Source: Monocercomonoides exilis PA203
Lineage: Eukaryota > Protista > Preaxostyla
NCBI GenBank assembly: GCA_001643675.2
Contig: LSRY02000008.1
Coordinates: 1,550,001-1,614,000 of the forward strand
Reading direction: 5' to 3'
DNA length: 64,000 bases
In this document: positions 11,761 to 23,077 of the stretch, in pieces
Layout: every line of letters begins with the position of its first letter
How positions within the stretch are numbered: position 1 is the first letter of the stretch
Translations under genes and position numbers: made by a program
The notes under the pieces: generated by a model
The model's input: only the letters and a program-made list of their open reading frames with translations
What the model was told of the DNA's origin: nothing
Databases searched by the model: none

Positions 11761-13102
11761 TATATGTTCACCTCCAACAACAATGTCAACCCAAACCACA
11801 TGTTTTATGAATAGTTGCTCATTTTCATCGGTTTGCAATGCATATGATGGAGGGATTGTTCATTCCCTCAACAATCCCTATGCCTCTTTGACTGTCTCAA
11901 ACACCTCCTTTGTCAGATGTTGTCGGACAAGAAACGTTGAATATATTGGAACTGAAACTAATAAGAAACAACCAGAAAGACAGAATATAACAGAAAATGG
12001 ACCGAATACATTCACGTGGTGTGAATGGGATGGGTCAAAAACAGCGGGAAAAGGCGATTCATGGGATGATGGTATATCGAGCGGGGGAGCGATATGCATG
12101 TTCAATTTGGGAGAAGGAATGTTGTCTATTTTGTTTTGCAAGTTCAACAACTGCTATTCTGATGCGCATGGCGGAGGTGTATTTTGCCATGCAATCAAGA
12201 CAATTGTGTGTGAGAACAGCACATTCAGCAGCTGCACAGCACAAGCAAATACAGGTGGCGGAATTCATGCTTATTCGATTTTATCATGTGCTCGGATCAG
12301 CGAATGTGAATTCCAGAATTGTAAAGCAAATAATAATGGAGGAGGACTTTATCTTAATGATTTTCAGGTTTCAGGAGCAGGATGTATTGAAGCAGAAAAT
12401 GGAGGAGGAGAGAGTGCGTGTGTGTTTGACTGCAGCTTCACTTCATGCTCAGTTTCAAATACACAAGGTGGAGGAATGCGTTGTTATAATGCTCCTGTTC
12501 AATTTAAAATGAGAAATATCAGGTTTATTTCATGTAATGCTTCATCGTATGGTGGAGGGCTAAGCTTTGATCCGAATAAACCAACACCACCAGGTGATGG
12601 GATTTATTGCTTTTTCCTTTTCTTTCATGAATGCAAGTGCAGGATTACATCCACTCCATATGGTCATGATGTGATGTATTATGATTACTTTAATCTTTAT
12701 TTGGAATCAGGAAATCCGTTCCATGAATGTTACACCACAAATACAGATGACAAGAGAGTATGCTACGGATACAATGCATCGAATTCGGGGAGTTGGGCAT
12801 ATGACGAAACATCAAAAAAGGATTGGCTGAAGGACAAGACGATATATGTTTCTGTGAGTGGGAATGATAATTTTGAGTTGTGTGGGGCAAATGAATCAAA
12901 TCCGTGTCTGACAGTGAAGAAGGCATTTGAAATGAGTGAGGTGCAGATAAGCTTGGCAATCACGCTGCTGGATGGAAATCATCAAAATGAGACAACAACT
13001 ATTAAGATTGGAGAAAAGAAGATTTCGGTCATTGGGACGGGCAAAGAGAAGAGCGCGATTGGAACAGGAGTGCTTTTTTTAAATCATGGCTGGATGGTTT
13101 AA
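11474..13102 (+). CDS. beta-helix protein paralog B (left arm of P2); ancestral 5' frame broken by a frameshift near 11718
   Basis: 542-aa ORF. Core from LSKLTFFNISTAN to KKISVIG is homologous to A. The family-like upstream frame (LGYFARWLQEARGREGGKEGSVS...FLSSPSIPL) is in a different frame from the core. Confidence 0.75.
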   Translation: MEYRKKAGDENRRKKKKDLGENIPIRRGERRQKKDTKTYWDILRDGSKRQGEEKEAKKEVFRHANLLSHLQPHFSHHLQSLLLSKLTFFNISTANDICSPPTTMSTQTTCFMNSCSFSSVCNAYDGGIVHSLNNPYASLTVSNTSFVRCCRTRNVEYIGTETNKKQPERQNITENGPNTFTWCEWDGSKTAGKGDSWDDGISSGGAICMFNLGEGMLSILFCKFNNCYSDAHGGGVFCHAIKTIVCENSTFSSCTAQANTGGGIHAYSILSCARISECEFQNCKANNNGGGLYLNDFQVSGAGCIEAENGGGESACVFDCSFTSCSVSNTQGGGMRCYNAPVQFKMRNIRFISCNASSYGGGLSFDPNKPTPPGDGIYCFFLFFHECKCRITSTPYGHDVMYYDYFNLYLESGNPFHECYTTNTDDKRVCYGYNASNSGSWAYDETSKKDWLKDKTIYVSVSGNDNFELCGANESNPCLTVKKAFEMSEVQISLAITLLDGNHQNETTTIKIGEKKISVIGTGKEKSAIGTGVLFLNHGWMV

Positions 13103-13342
13103 GATGTATGAATAAGTTTTCCCAACATTTTTCAAAAACAAAAGTGGATTAATATTTTGCATATAAATGCCAAAAAAAATGCATTTAGTCGTAGCTATTG
13201 TTTGTAATAGGAAAAAGCTTTTTTACATATATATTTATCGATTTTTCATCATTTTTTTTCATTCTTGTATTTATTACAAAAACATTATTAGCAACAGAAA
13301 AAACAAATATATTTTTTTCTGTGCAAAATTTGAAAAGAACAC

Positions 13343-13597
13343 GGGTGATTATTTTCGAAATCATAACTTTTTTTGAGGAGTGGATAATTATGAAAATTTT
13401 ATTAATTCGAAAAATATTTTTTTGATGAAATGTTTTGTTCATTTTTTTGAATCGAAAGACAAAGTTTGATGTGAAAAAAAGACAGAGATGATTTTTGCTG
13501 TTGTTATTTCTTTTCTGTGTTCATTGACATAAATTCAAAATATCAATTTTGAACAGATAATTTTTTTCGAAAAAAATGATTTCAAAAATAATCACCC
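13343..13597. mobile_element. MITE family A (255 bp; TIR ~GGGTGATTATTTTTGAAATCATAACTTTT)
   Basis: gggtgattattttcgaaatcataac ... atgatttcaaaaataatcaccc. Same length and internal similarity as the copies at 29241, 39325 and 61710. Confidence 0.7.
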
Positions 13598-13628
13598 ACA
13601 TCAGGTCGAAAAAATATATTTTTATTAA

Positions 13629-16157
13629 GCCTGGGTGACGTGAAGAAAAAGTTCGTCACGTCCGTCACCAATTTTCCACTTAAAAAAAAAAAAAAAAAAA
13701 AAACAAAAAAAAAAAAAATTTGAAAATATAGAAAATATAGAAAAAAAATATGATAATGATTTATTTTTGAATAACTTTGTCTTATTTGAGAGAAAAATAA
13801 ACTTTTGACAAAAATTCTTCAATATCTGTTTTGATCATCGTATCCCATAATAACATTAATTGAATTATAAATCGAGCAATTCTTTTGTTTCACTTGTTAA
13901 AATATATAGACTCACAATGAAATGGTGTGAAAATTGATAATTTCGAAAGTATTAATAATCGAAAGTGAGCAAATATTTTTATTTCAGTTTTTTGTCCGTT
14001 CAAAAAGAGAAACAAACGTTGTACTGTTTTCTGCGATAACAATATCGAAAATGCAAACTGGTTGAATGCAATCATAAAAGATACAGCTTGCACAAGTTGA
14101 AGTGTTTGATAAAAATATTTTACAACGACAAAAGTTTGGAATATGTAATTGTGAATGATCTGCATTTCATAAGAGAAATAAAAAGAGAACTGGAAGAACT
14201 GGCAAGATTTGTTGTTTAGACGAGAAAGGAGGAGGAAAGAGGAAGAGAAGTCAAGGAAGTGCTTCTTTTAATGAGATAAATTGAAATGTTAGTAATTTAT
14301 TTTGGCTATTGTCGATTGCGAAATGAAGAATTAGTTTGGTTTTTCAGCAGCATTGTCCAGGTTCATCGAGCATCAAAAGATTATTTCAGAGATATTTTAC
14401 AGTCAATGTATTTTTTGATTGAAGCAGCTTTGAATAACAGAGCTTTTGAAGTTTTTGACTTGTTGAAAGGAAGATCCATTGATATTGTTTTGAGGAGATT
14501 CATAAACAAACGCAGAATGACAGAATTACATATGATGGCTTGAGATTTTTTTAAATTCTGTTTCAAGGCGATTGAAAGGAAAGATGGTTAATGAAATGGA
14601 GAAAGAAAAAGGGAAATATTTGAAAAGAAAGAAAAAGAAAAATATGAAGATATTTTCATTTTATTTCATGTAACATTTGAATTTTTTTTGATAAAATTTG
14701 ATGATTTTGTTTTATCGTTTATTTTAATTGATTATTTTATGAATGAATGATGAATAGAGATATTTTTTATCTTTAACTCTTCCTTTTTTTAAATGCTCAA
14801 AATTGAAAACAAGGAATCTTTTAATGTTTTATTCTATTATGTTCAATTTATAATTTACTTTTTCTAAATGATGTGAATAGACAAAAATGGACTTATCCTT
14901 TAGACATTTTCATTTTCTGATTTTCTTTTGTGAAAATCTTTTTCGAATAACTAATTTGTATATCAGTCTCATAAAAAAATGGATAATAACTCTTTTTCTC
15001 GTTGCTCCAATCTGTATTTCATCCAAATCTTTTTCAAGTTAAAGTTCATCTCACCTGCTCAAATATTCCGCTCCAATTACCTAAATATCAAACAACTTCA
15101 GAAGAGAGAAGTTGATATTGAATAAAACAAAATCGCAAAAAAATATAAACAAACGTTCAGAAGTTTTAAAAAAAGTCCGAATAAGAAAAACCTTGTTCTA
15201 TAAATGAAAAGTTGTAATTCTGATGAGAAAAGAAATTGCCATTCGCTTTATTATATTTATACAACACAATTCAAATGTCTGGGAATGAAATGTAAATCAT
15301 TTGTTTCATTCAAAAATTCCAAATCTTATGTGCTAATTTACATCAATAATTTTCAAATAGCAATGCTGCCCATTCTGAATATCTGCTTTTGACAATTTCA
15401 ATAACTTCTTGTAAAGACTCAGTTTATATTTCGCTAATCATTGAAGGAAAATCCGTTATTATCATTCTTTAATATGTGTTAATAGTGCGAAATGTTAATG
15501 CAATCGATTTATTTATCTGTTGAAATGGAAGCATTTTTAAAATGCTCTAAATTTTCTAATGAAAATTTTGAATGACATTTATTCGCTAAGAAAGATCAAT
15601 AAACATTTCGAAAAAGAATTATAACAAAAATGATAAAAAAAATTTTTTTTTAAAATTGATGTGCAATTCAAACCTTGTCAATGTTCTCCATTCCATTGTT
15701 TGCATCAGTGTGAAAAACAATAAATAGCATTATTTTGTGGATTTTTCAAATTTGTCATTGCCTCTTTCATTATAAAATTAGAATAATCTTCAATAATAAG
15801 AAAATTAATGGTCGTGTTTCCTGAAAAATGAAATCAAAACTTTCTTTTGATATGAGTGGTTAATTTTGTTCTTTTGCTCATTCATTTAACTTTTTCGAAT
15901 AGCTGACAGGAAGTGACGTCAGTGACGTCAGTGACTTCAGTGACACGTCAAAATTCCGATTGCCGCTTAAACGTCAGTGAAAAATACATTATGGAAAATT
16001 CGATGTTCACAATTTTCGAAAAAACTTTTTTTTGGAAATATTTACAATTATGTGACAAAAAAACAATAATGTTGGTTTTGCTTTGTGACGTGAAAAATCT
16101 TGACACGTCCGTCAAAAATCGAAAATGTCACGTCAGAAGTCACCACGTCACCCAGGG
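13629..16157. mobile_element. non-autonomous piggyBac-like element (~2.5 kb) carrying captured gene fragments
   Basis: TTAA|gCCTGGGTGACGTG ... CACGTCACCCAGGG|TTAA: 14-bp TIR with one mismatch, TTAA at 13625-13628 and 16158-16161. Subterminal GTGACGTCA / CACGTCCGTCA repeats. No intact transposase ORF. Confidence 0.75.
14151..14620 (+). pseudogene. fragment of an expanded Monocercomonoides-type hypothetical family, captured inside the piggyBac-like element
   Basis: Reads VNDLHFIREIKRELEELARFVV*TRKEEERGREVKEVLLLMR*IEMLVIYFGYCRLRNEELVWFFSSIVQVHRASKDY...; homologous to ~35180-35460 in this window. Contains in-frame stops. Confidence 0.6.
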
Positions 16158-18110
16158 TTAATTTTTATGATTGCTTATGCAGAATCATTTTTTCCCCTTG
16201 TTATTGTGAATAAAATCTTTCATTCATGCGAGTTATTATCTGTGGAAACTCCAGCATATGGGAAGATATTTTTTGCTTTATGAATTTTGTTCCATTCTGC
16301 ACATTTAATTAATTTATCAATTTTGAAAAATTTCCTATGTTTTTTTGACATGAGAATGAAAGATTTCTCATGATAAGGTTGTGGAAAAAGTGTGGAACAT
16401 ATTGTAGTTTTTTTCATAAATGAAAGAATTGTTCCCCATATGAACTTAAAGATACTGTTTGCCAAAACGAAATCCATATTCCGTTGAAAAGCCGAATCTT
16501 CCTTTTCGGATTATTTTTACACACATACATATTAACAAGTGTGTATACATATGGACAATTCTTTTTGAATTCATGATAATTTTTAATCTTTTTTTTTTTT
16601 CTTTCTTTTTCTTTTTTTCAATAAAAATATTTCTTTTTTTGAAAACACTTCAGAAGCATTAACCAATCTTTGTGAAGAATTGTCATTAGCAAAACTTATC
16701 AATGTATATTGTGTGATTATTTTTGATGTCATGCCTTTACTGTAAAAAATTTCGGTTCCAACATTTGCCTTGAATGGTGATAAGTGAACACTGAAAATTG
16801 ATAATACCTTTTCAAGATAATTATGTCATGAACTTATCTCAAATAATGGCTTTTGCAACAATTATTTTATGTTCGAAATTTGATAAAAAAACTTCTTGTT
16901 ATTGGCAAAAAAACATTTTTTCAAATCAACACTCCGAAAAAAGTTTTGATTTCAAAACAAAAAAAATCGCACAATATAACTTTTCAATAACGTTTCAGAT
17001 GTGTAATGAAAATCAGATCTGATAAAACTTCTTTCGAATTTGAATTGGACTTGATTCAAATGGTTTTTTTTTCAGAAATTATCTTTGGCAACAAATGTTT
17101 GTCATCATGATTTCATTTTTTTCATTCAAATCATAATTGTTCAGCAATCATGGAATATGTCAAATATGTCTTGATTTCTCAAAAATTCTGTCATTATTCA
17201 TCAAAAATGTGATAAAAGTATCTTTTTCCGGTTTGAACATAAACAAACATTTTTAATGACCCATTTCCTTTTCTATGAAACTCTGAGATCTGAAATTGAA
17301 ATATGACAAACGAATGTGATTGTTTAATAATTGATAATAAAACAAACATTACATTTTTGATGAATAATGACAGAATTTTTGAGAAATCAAGACATATTTG
17401 ACATATTCCATGATTGCTGAACAATTATGATTTGAATGAAAAAAATGAAATCATGATGACAAACATTTGTTGCCAAAGATAATTTCTGAAAAAAAAACCA
17501 TTTGAATCAAGTCCAATTCAAATTCGAAAGAAGTTTTATCAGATCTGATTTTCATTACACATCTGAAACGTTATTGAAAAGTTATATTGTGCGATTTTTT
17601 TTGTTTTGAAATCAAAACTTTTTTCGGAGTGTTGATTTGAAAAAATGTTTTTTTGCCAATAACAAGAAGTTTTTTTATCAAATTTCGAACATAAAATAAT
17701 TGTTGCAAAAGCCATTATTTGAGATAAGTTCATGACATAATTATCTTGAAAAGGTATTATCAATTTTCAGTGTTCACTTATCACCATTCAAGGCAAATGT
17801 TGGAACCGAAATTTTTTACAGTAAAGGCATGACATCAAAAATAATCACACAATATACATTGATAAGTTTTGCTAATGACAATTCTTCACAAAGATTGGTT
17901 AATGCTTCTGAAGTGTTTTCAAAAAAAGAAATATTTTTATTGAAAAAAGAAAAAGAAAAAAAAAGATTAAAAATTATCATGAATTCAAAAGAATTGTCCA
18001 TATGTATACACACTTGTTAATATGTATGTGTGTAAAAATAATCCGAAAAGGAAGATTCGGCTTTTCAACGGAATATGGATTTCGTTTTGGCAAACAGTAT
18101 CTTTAAGTTC

Positions 18111-18296
18111 ATATGGGGAACAATTCTTTCATTTATGAAAAAAACTACAATATGTTCCACACTTTTTCCACAACCTTATCATGAGAAATCTTTCATTCTC
18201 ATGTCAAAAAAACATAGGAAATTTTTCAAAATTGATAAATTAATTAAATGTGCAGAATGGAACAAAATTCATAAAGCAAAAAATATCTTCCCATAT
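18111..18296. repeat. family B inverted-repeat element (mirror at 16256-16441)
   Basis: atatggggaa...ttcccatat; homologous to 3475-3659. Confidence 0.55.
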
Positions 18297-18394
18297 GCTG
18301 GAGTTTCCACAGATAATAACTCGCATGAATGAAAGATTTTATTCACAATAACAAGGGGAAAAAATGATTCTGCATAAGCAATCATAAAAATTAA

Positions 18395-20922
18395 CCCTGG
18401 GTGACGTGGTGACTTCTGACGTGACATTTTCGATTTTTGACGGACGTGTCAAGATTTTTCACGTCACAAAGCAAAACCAACATTATTGTTTTTTTGTCAC
18501 ATAATTGTAAATATTTCCAAAAAAAAGTTTTTTCGAAAATTGTGAACATCGAATTTTCCATAATGTATTTTTCACTGACGTTTAAGCGGCAATCGGAATT
18601 TTGACGTGTCACTGAAGTCACTGACGTCACTGACGTCACTTCCTGTCAGCTATTCGAAAAAGTTAAATGAATGAGCAAAAGAACAAAATTAACCACTCAT
18701 ATCAAAAGAAAGTTTTGATTTCATTTTTCAGGAAACACGACCATTAATTTTCTTATTATTGAAGATTATTCTAATTTTATAATGAAAGAGGCAATGACAA
18801 ATTTGAAAAATCCACAAAATAATGCTATTTATTGTTTTTCACACTGATGCAAACAATGGAATGGAGAACATTGACAAGGTTTGAATTGCACATCAATTTT
18901 AAAAAAAAATTTTTTTTATCATTTTTGTTATAATTCTTTTTCGAAATGTTTATTGATCTTTCTTAGCGAATAAATGTCATTCAAAATTTTCATTAGAAAA
19001 TTTAGAGCATTTTAAAAATGCTTCCATTTCAACAGATAAATAAATCGATTGCATTAACATTTCGCACTATTAACACATATTAAAGAATGATAATAACGGA
19101 TTTTCCTTCAATGATTAGCGAAATATAAACTGAGTCTTTACAAGAAGTTATTGAAATTGTCAAAAGCAGATATTCAGAATGGGCAGCATTGCTATTTGAA
19201 AATTATTGATGTAAATTAGCACATAAGATTTGGAATTTTTGAATGAAACAAATGATTTACATTTCATTCCCAGACATTTGAATTGTGTTGTATAAATATA
19301 ATAAAGCGAATGGCAATTTCTTTTCTCATCAGAATTACAACTTTTCATTTATAGAACAAGGTTTTTCTTATTCGGACTTTTTTTAAAACTTCTGAACGTT
19401 TGTTTATATTTTTTTGCGATTTTGTTTTATTCAATATCAACTTCTCTCTTCTGAAGTTGTTTGATATTTAGGTAATTGGAGCGGAATATTTGAGCAGGTG
19501 AGATGAACTTTAACTTGAAAAAGATTTGGATGAAATACAGATTGGAGCAACGAGAAAAAGAGTTATTATCCATTTTTTTATGAGACTGATATACAAATTA
19601 GTTATTCGAAAAAGATTTTCACAAAAGAAAATCAGAAAATGAAAATGTCTAAAGGATAAGTCCATTTTTGTCTATTCACATCATTTAGAAAAAGTAAATT
19701 ATAAATTGAACATAATAGAATAAAACATTAAAAGATTCCTTGTTTTCAATTTTGAGCATTTAAAAAAAGGAAGAGTTAAAGATAAAAAATATCTCTATTC
19801 ATCATTCATTCATAAAATAATCAATTAAAATAAACGATAAAACAAAATCATCAAATTTTATCAAAAAAAATTCAAATGTTACATGAAATAAAATGAAAAT
19901 ATCTTCATATTTTTCTTTTTCTTTCTTTTCAAATATTTCCCTTTTTCTTTCTCCATTTCATTAACCATCTTTCCTTTCAATCGCCTTGAAACAGAATTTA
20001 AAAAAATCTCAAGCCATCATATGTAATTCTGTCATTCTGCGTTTGTTTATGAATCTCCTCAAAACAATATCAATGGATCTTCCTTTCAACAAGTCAAAAA
20101 CTTCAAAAGCTCTGTTATTCAAAGCTGCTTCAATCAAAAAATACATTGACTGTAAAATATCTCTGAAATAATCTTTTGATGCTCGATGAACCTGGACAAT
20201 GCTGCTGAAAAACCAAACTAATTCTTCATTTCGCAATCGACAATAGCCAAAATAAATTACTAACATTTCAATTTATCTCATTAAAAGAAGCACTTCCTTG
20301 ACTTCTCTTCCTCTTTCCTCCTCCTTTCTCGTCTAAACAACAAATCTTGCCAGTTCTTCCAGTTCTCTTTTTATTTCTCTTATGAAATGCAGATCATTCA
20401 CAATTACATATTCCAAACTTTTGTCGTTGTAAAATATTTTTATCAAACACTTCAACTTGTGCAAGCTGTATCTTTTATGATTGCATTCAACCAGTTTGCA
20501 TTTTCGATATTGTTATCGCAGAAAACAGTACAACGTTTGTTTCTCTTTTTGAACGGACAAAAAACTGAAATAAAAATATTTGCTCACTTTCGATTATTAA
20601 TACTTTCGAAATTATCAATTTTCACACCATTTCATTGTGAGTCTATATATTTTAACAAGTGAAACAAAAGAATTGCTCGATTTATAATTCAATTAATGTT
20701 ATTATGGGATACGATGATCAAAACAGATATTGAAGAATTTTTGTCAAAAGTTTATTTTTCTCTCAAATAAGACAAAGTTATTCAAAAATAAATCATTATC
20801 ATATTTTTTTTCTATATTTTCTATATTTTCAAATTTTTTTTTTTGTTTTTTTTTTTTTTTTTTTTTTTAAGTGGAAAATTGGTGACGGACGTGACGAACT
20901 TTTTTCTTCACGTCACCCAGGC
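18395..20922. mobile_element. mirror copy of the piggyBac-like element in the right arm of P2
   Basis: TTAA at 18391-18394 then CCCTGGGTGACGTG ... CACGTCACCCAGGC then TTAA at 20923-20926. Confidence 0.75.
19932..20401 (-). pseudogene. mirror copy of the captured family fragment
   Basis: Reverse complement of 14151-14620. Confidence 0.6.
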
Positions 20923-20953
20923 TTAATAAAAATATATTTTTTCGACCTGATGT

Positions 20954-21208
20954 GGGTGATTATTTTTGAAATCATTTTTTTCGAAAAAAATTATCTGTTC
21001 AAAATTGATATTTTGAATTTATGTCAATGAACACAGAAAAGAAATAACAACAGCAAAAATCATCTCTGTCTTTTTTTCACATCAAACTTTGTCTTTCGAT
21101 TCAAAAAAATGAACAAAACATTTCATCAAAAAAATATTTTTCGAATTAATAAAATTTTCATAATTATCCACTCCTCAAAAAAAGTTATGATTTCGAAAAT
21201 AATCACCC
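20954..21208. mobile_element. MITE family A, mirror copy in P2
   Basis: Reverse complement of 13343-13597. Confidence 0.7.
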
Positions 21209-21448
21209 GTGTTCTTTTCAAATTTTGCACAGAAAAAAATATATTTGTTTTTTCTGTTGCTAATAATGTTTTTGTAATAAATACAAGAATGAAAAAAAAT
21301 GATGAAAAATCGATAAATATATATGTAAAAAAGCTTTTTCCTATTACAAACAATAGCTACGACTAAATGCATTTTTTTTGGCATTTATATGCAAAATATT
21401 AATCCACTTTTGTTTTTGAAAAATGTTGGGAAAACTTATTCATACATC

Positions 21449-23077
21449 TTAAACCATCCAGCCATGATTTAAAAAAAGCACTCCTGTTCCAATCGCGCTC
21501 TTCTCTTTGCCCGTCCCAATGACCGAAATCTTCTTTTCTCCAATCTTAATAGTTGTTGTCTCATTTTGATGATTTCCATCCAGCAGCGTGATTGCCAAGC
21601 TTATCTGCACCTCACTCATTTCAAATGCCTTCTTCACTGTCAGACACGGATTTGATTCATTTGCCCCACACAACTCAAAATTATCATTCCCACTCACAGA
21701 AACATATATCGTCTTGTCCTTCAGCCAATCCTTTTTTGATGTTTCGTCATATGCCCAACTCCCCGAATTCGATGCATTGTATCCGTAGCATACTCTCTTG
21801 TCATCTGTATTTGTGGTGTAACATTCATGGAACGGATTTCCTGATTCCAAATAAAGATTAAAGTAATCATAATACATCACATCATGACCATATGGAGTGG
21901 ATGTAATCCTGCACTTGCATTCATGAAAGAAAAGGAAAAAGCAATAAATCCCATCACCTGGTGGTGTTGGTTTATTCGGATCAAAGCTTAGCCCTCCACC
22001 ATACGATGAAGCATTACATGAAATAAACCTGATATTTCTCATTTTAAATTGAACAGGAGCATTATAACAACGCATTCCTCCACCTTGTGTATTTGAAACT
22101 GAGCATGAAGTGAAGCTGCAGTCAAACACACACGCACTCTCTCCTCCTCCATTTTCTGCTTCAATACATCCTGCTCCTGAAACCTGAAAATCATTAAGAT
22201 AAAGTCCTCCTCCATTATTATTTGCTTTACAATTCTGGAATTCACATTCGCTGATCCGAGCACATGATAAAATCGAATAAGCATGAATTCCGCCACCTGT
22301 ATTTGCTTGTGCTGTGCAGCTGCTGAATGTGCTGTTCTCACACACAATTGTCTTGATTGCATGGCAAAATACACCTCCGCCATGCGCATCAGAATAGCAG
22401 TTGTTGAACTTGCAAAACAAAATAGACAACATTCCTTCTCCCAAATTGAACATGCATATCGCTCCCCCGCTCGATATACCATCATCCCATGAATCGCCTT
22501 TTCCCGCTGTTTTTGACCCATCCCATTCACACCACGTGAATGTATTCGGTCCATTTTCTGTTATATTCTGTCTTTCTGGTTGTTTCTTATTAGTTTCAGT
22601 TCCAATATATTCAACGTTTCTTGTCCGACAACATCTGACAAAGGAGGTGTTTGAGACAGTCAAAGAGGCATAGGGATTGTTGAGGGAATGAACAATCCCT
22701 CCATCATATGCATTGCAAACCGATGAAAATGAGCAACTATTCATAAAACATGTGGTTTGGGTTGACATTGTTGTTGGAGGTGAACATATATCATTTGCTG
22801 TTGAAATGTTGAAAAATGTGAGTTTGGAGAGCAAGAGGGATTGAAGGTGATGAGAGAAATGTGGTTGAAGATGAGATAAGAGATTTGCATGTCGAAACAC
22901 TTCCTTCTTTGCCTCCTTCTCTTCCCCTTGCCTCTTGGAGCCATCTCGCAAAATATCCCAATAAGTTTTAGTATCTTTTTTTTGTCTTCGCTCGCCTCTT
23001 CTGATAGGAATGTTTTCGCCTAAATCTTTTTTTTTTTTCCTTCTGTTTTCGTCTCCTGCCTTCTTTCTGTATTCCAT
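21449..23077 (-). CDS. beta-helix protein paralog B, mirror copy (right arm of P2)
   Basis: Translation identical to 11474..13102. Confidence 0.75.
   Translation of the reverse strand: MEYRKKAGDENRRKKKKDLGENIPIRRGERRQKKDTKTYWDILRDGSKRQGEEKEAKKEVFRHANLLSHLQPHFSHHLQSLLLSKLTFFNISTANDICSPPTTMSTQTTCFMNSCSFSSVCNAYDGGIVHSLNNPYASLTVSNTSFVRCCRTRNVEYIGTETNKKQPERQNITENGPNTFTWCEWDGSKTAGKGDSWDDGISSGGAICMFNLGEGMLSILFCKFNNCYSDAHGGGVFCHAIKTIVCENSTFSSCTAQANTGGGIHAYSILSCARISECEFQNCKANNNGGGLYLNDFQVSGAGCIEAENGGGESACVFDCSFTSCSVSNTQGGGMRCYNAPVQFKMRNIRFISCNASSYGGGLSFDPNKPTPPGDGIYCFFLFFHECKCRITSTPYGHDVMYYDYFNLYLESGNPFHECYTTNTDDKRVCYGYNASNSGSWAYDETSKKDWLKDKTIYVSVSGNDNFELCGANESNPCLTVKKAFEMSEVQISLAITLLDGNHQNETTTIKIGEKKISVIGTGKEKSAIGTGVLFLNHGWMV

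Noticed and set aside
15913-15950. CRISPR-like or telomeric repeat array
   Set aside because: Only a short 9-bp tandem with no spacers. No telomeric repeat tract was seen in the window.
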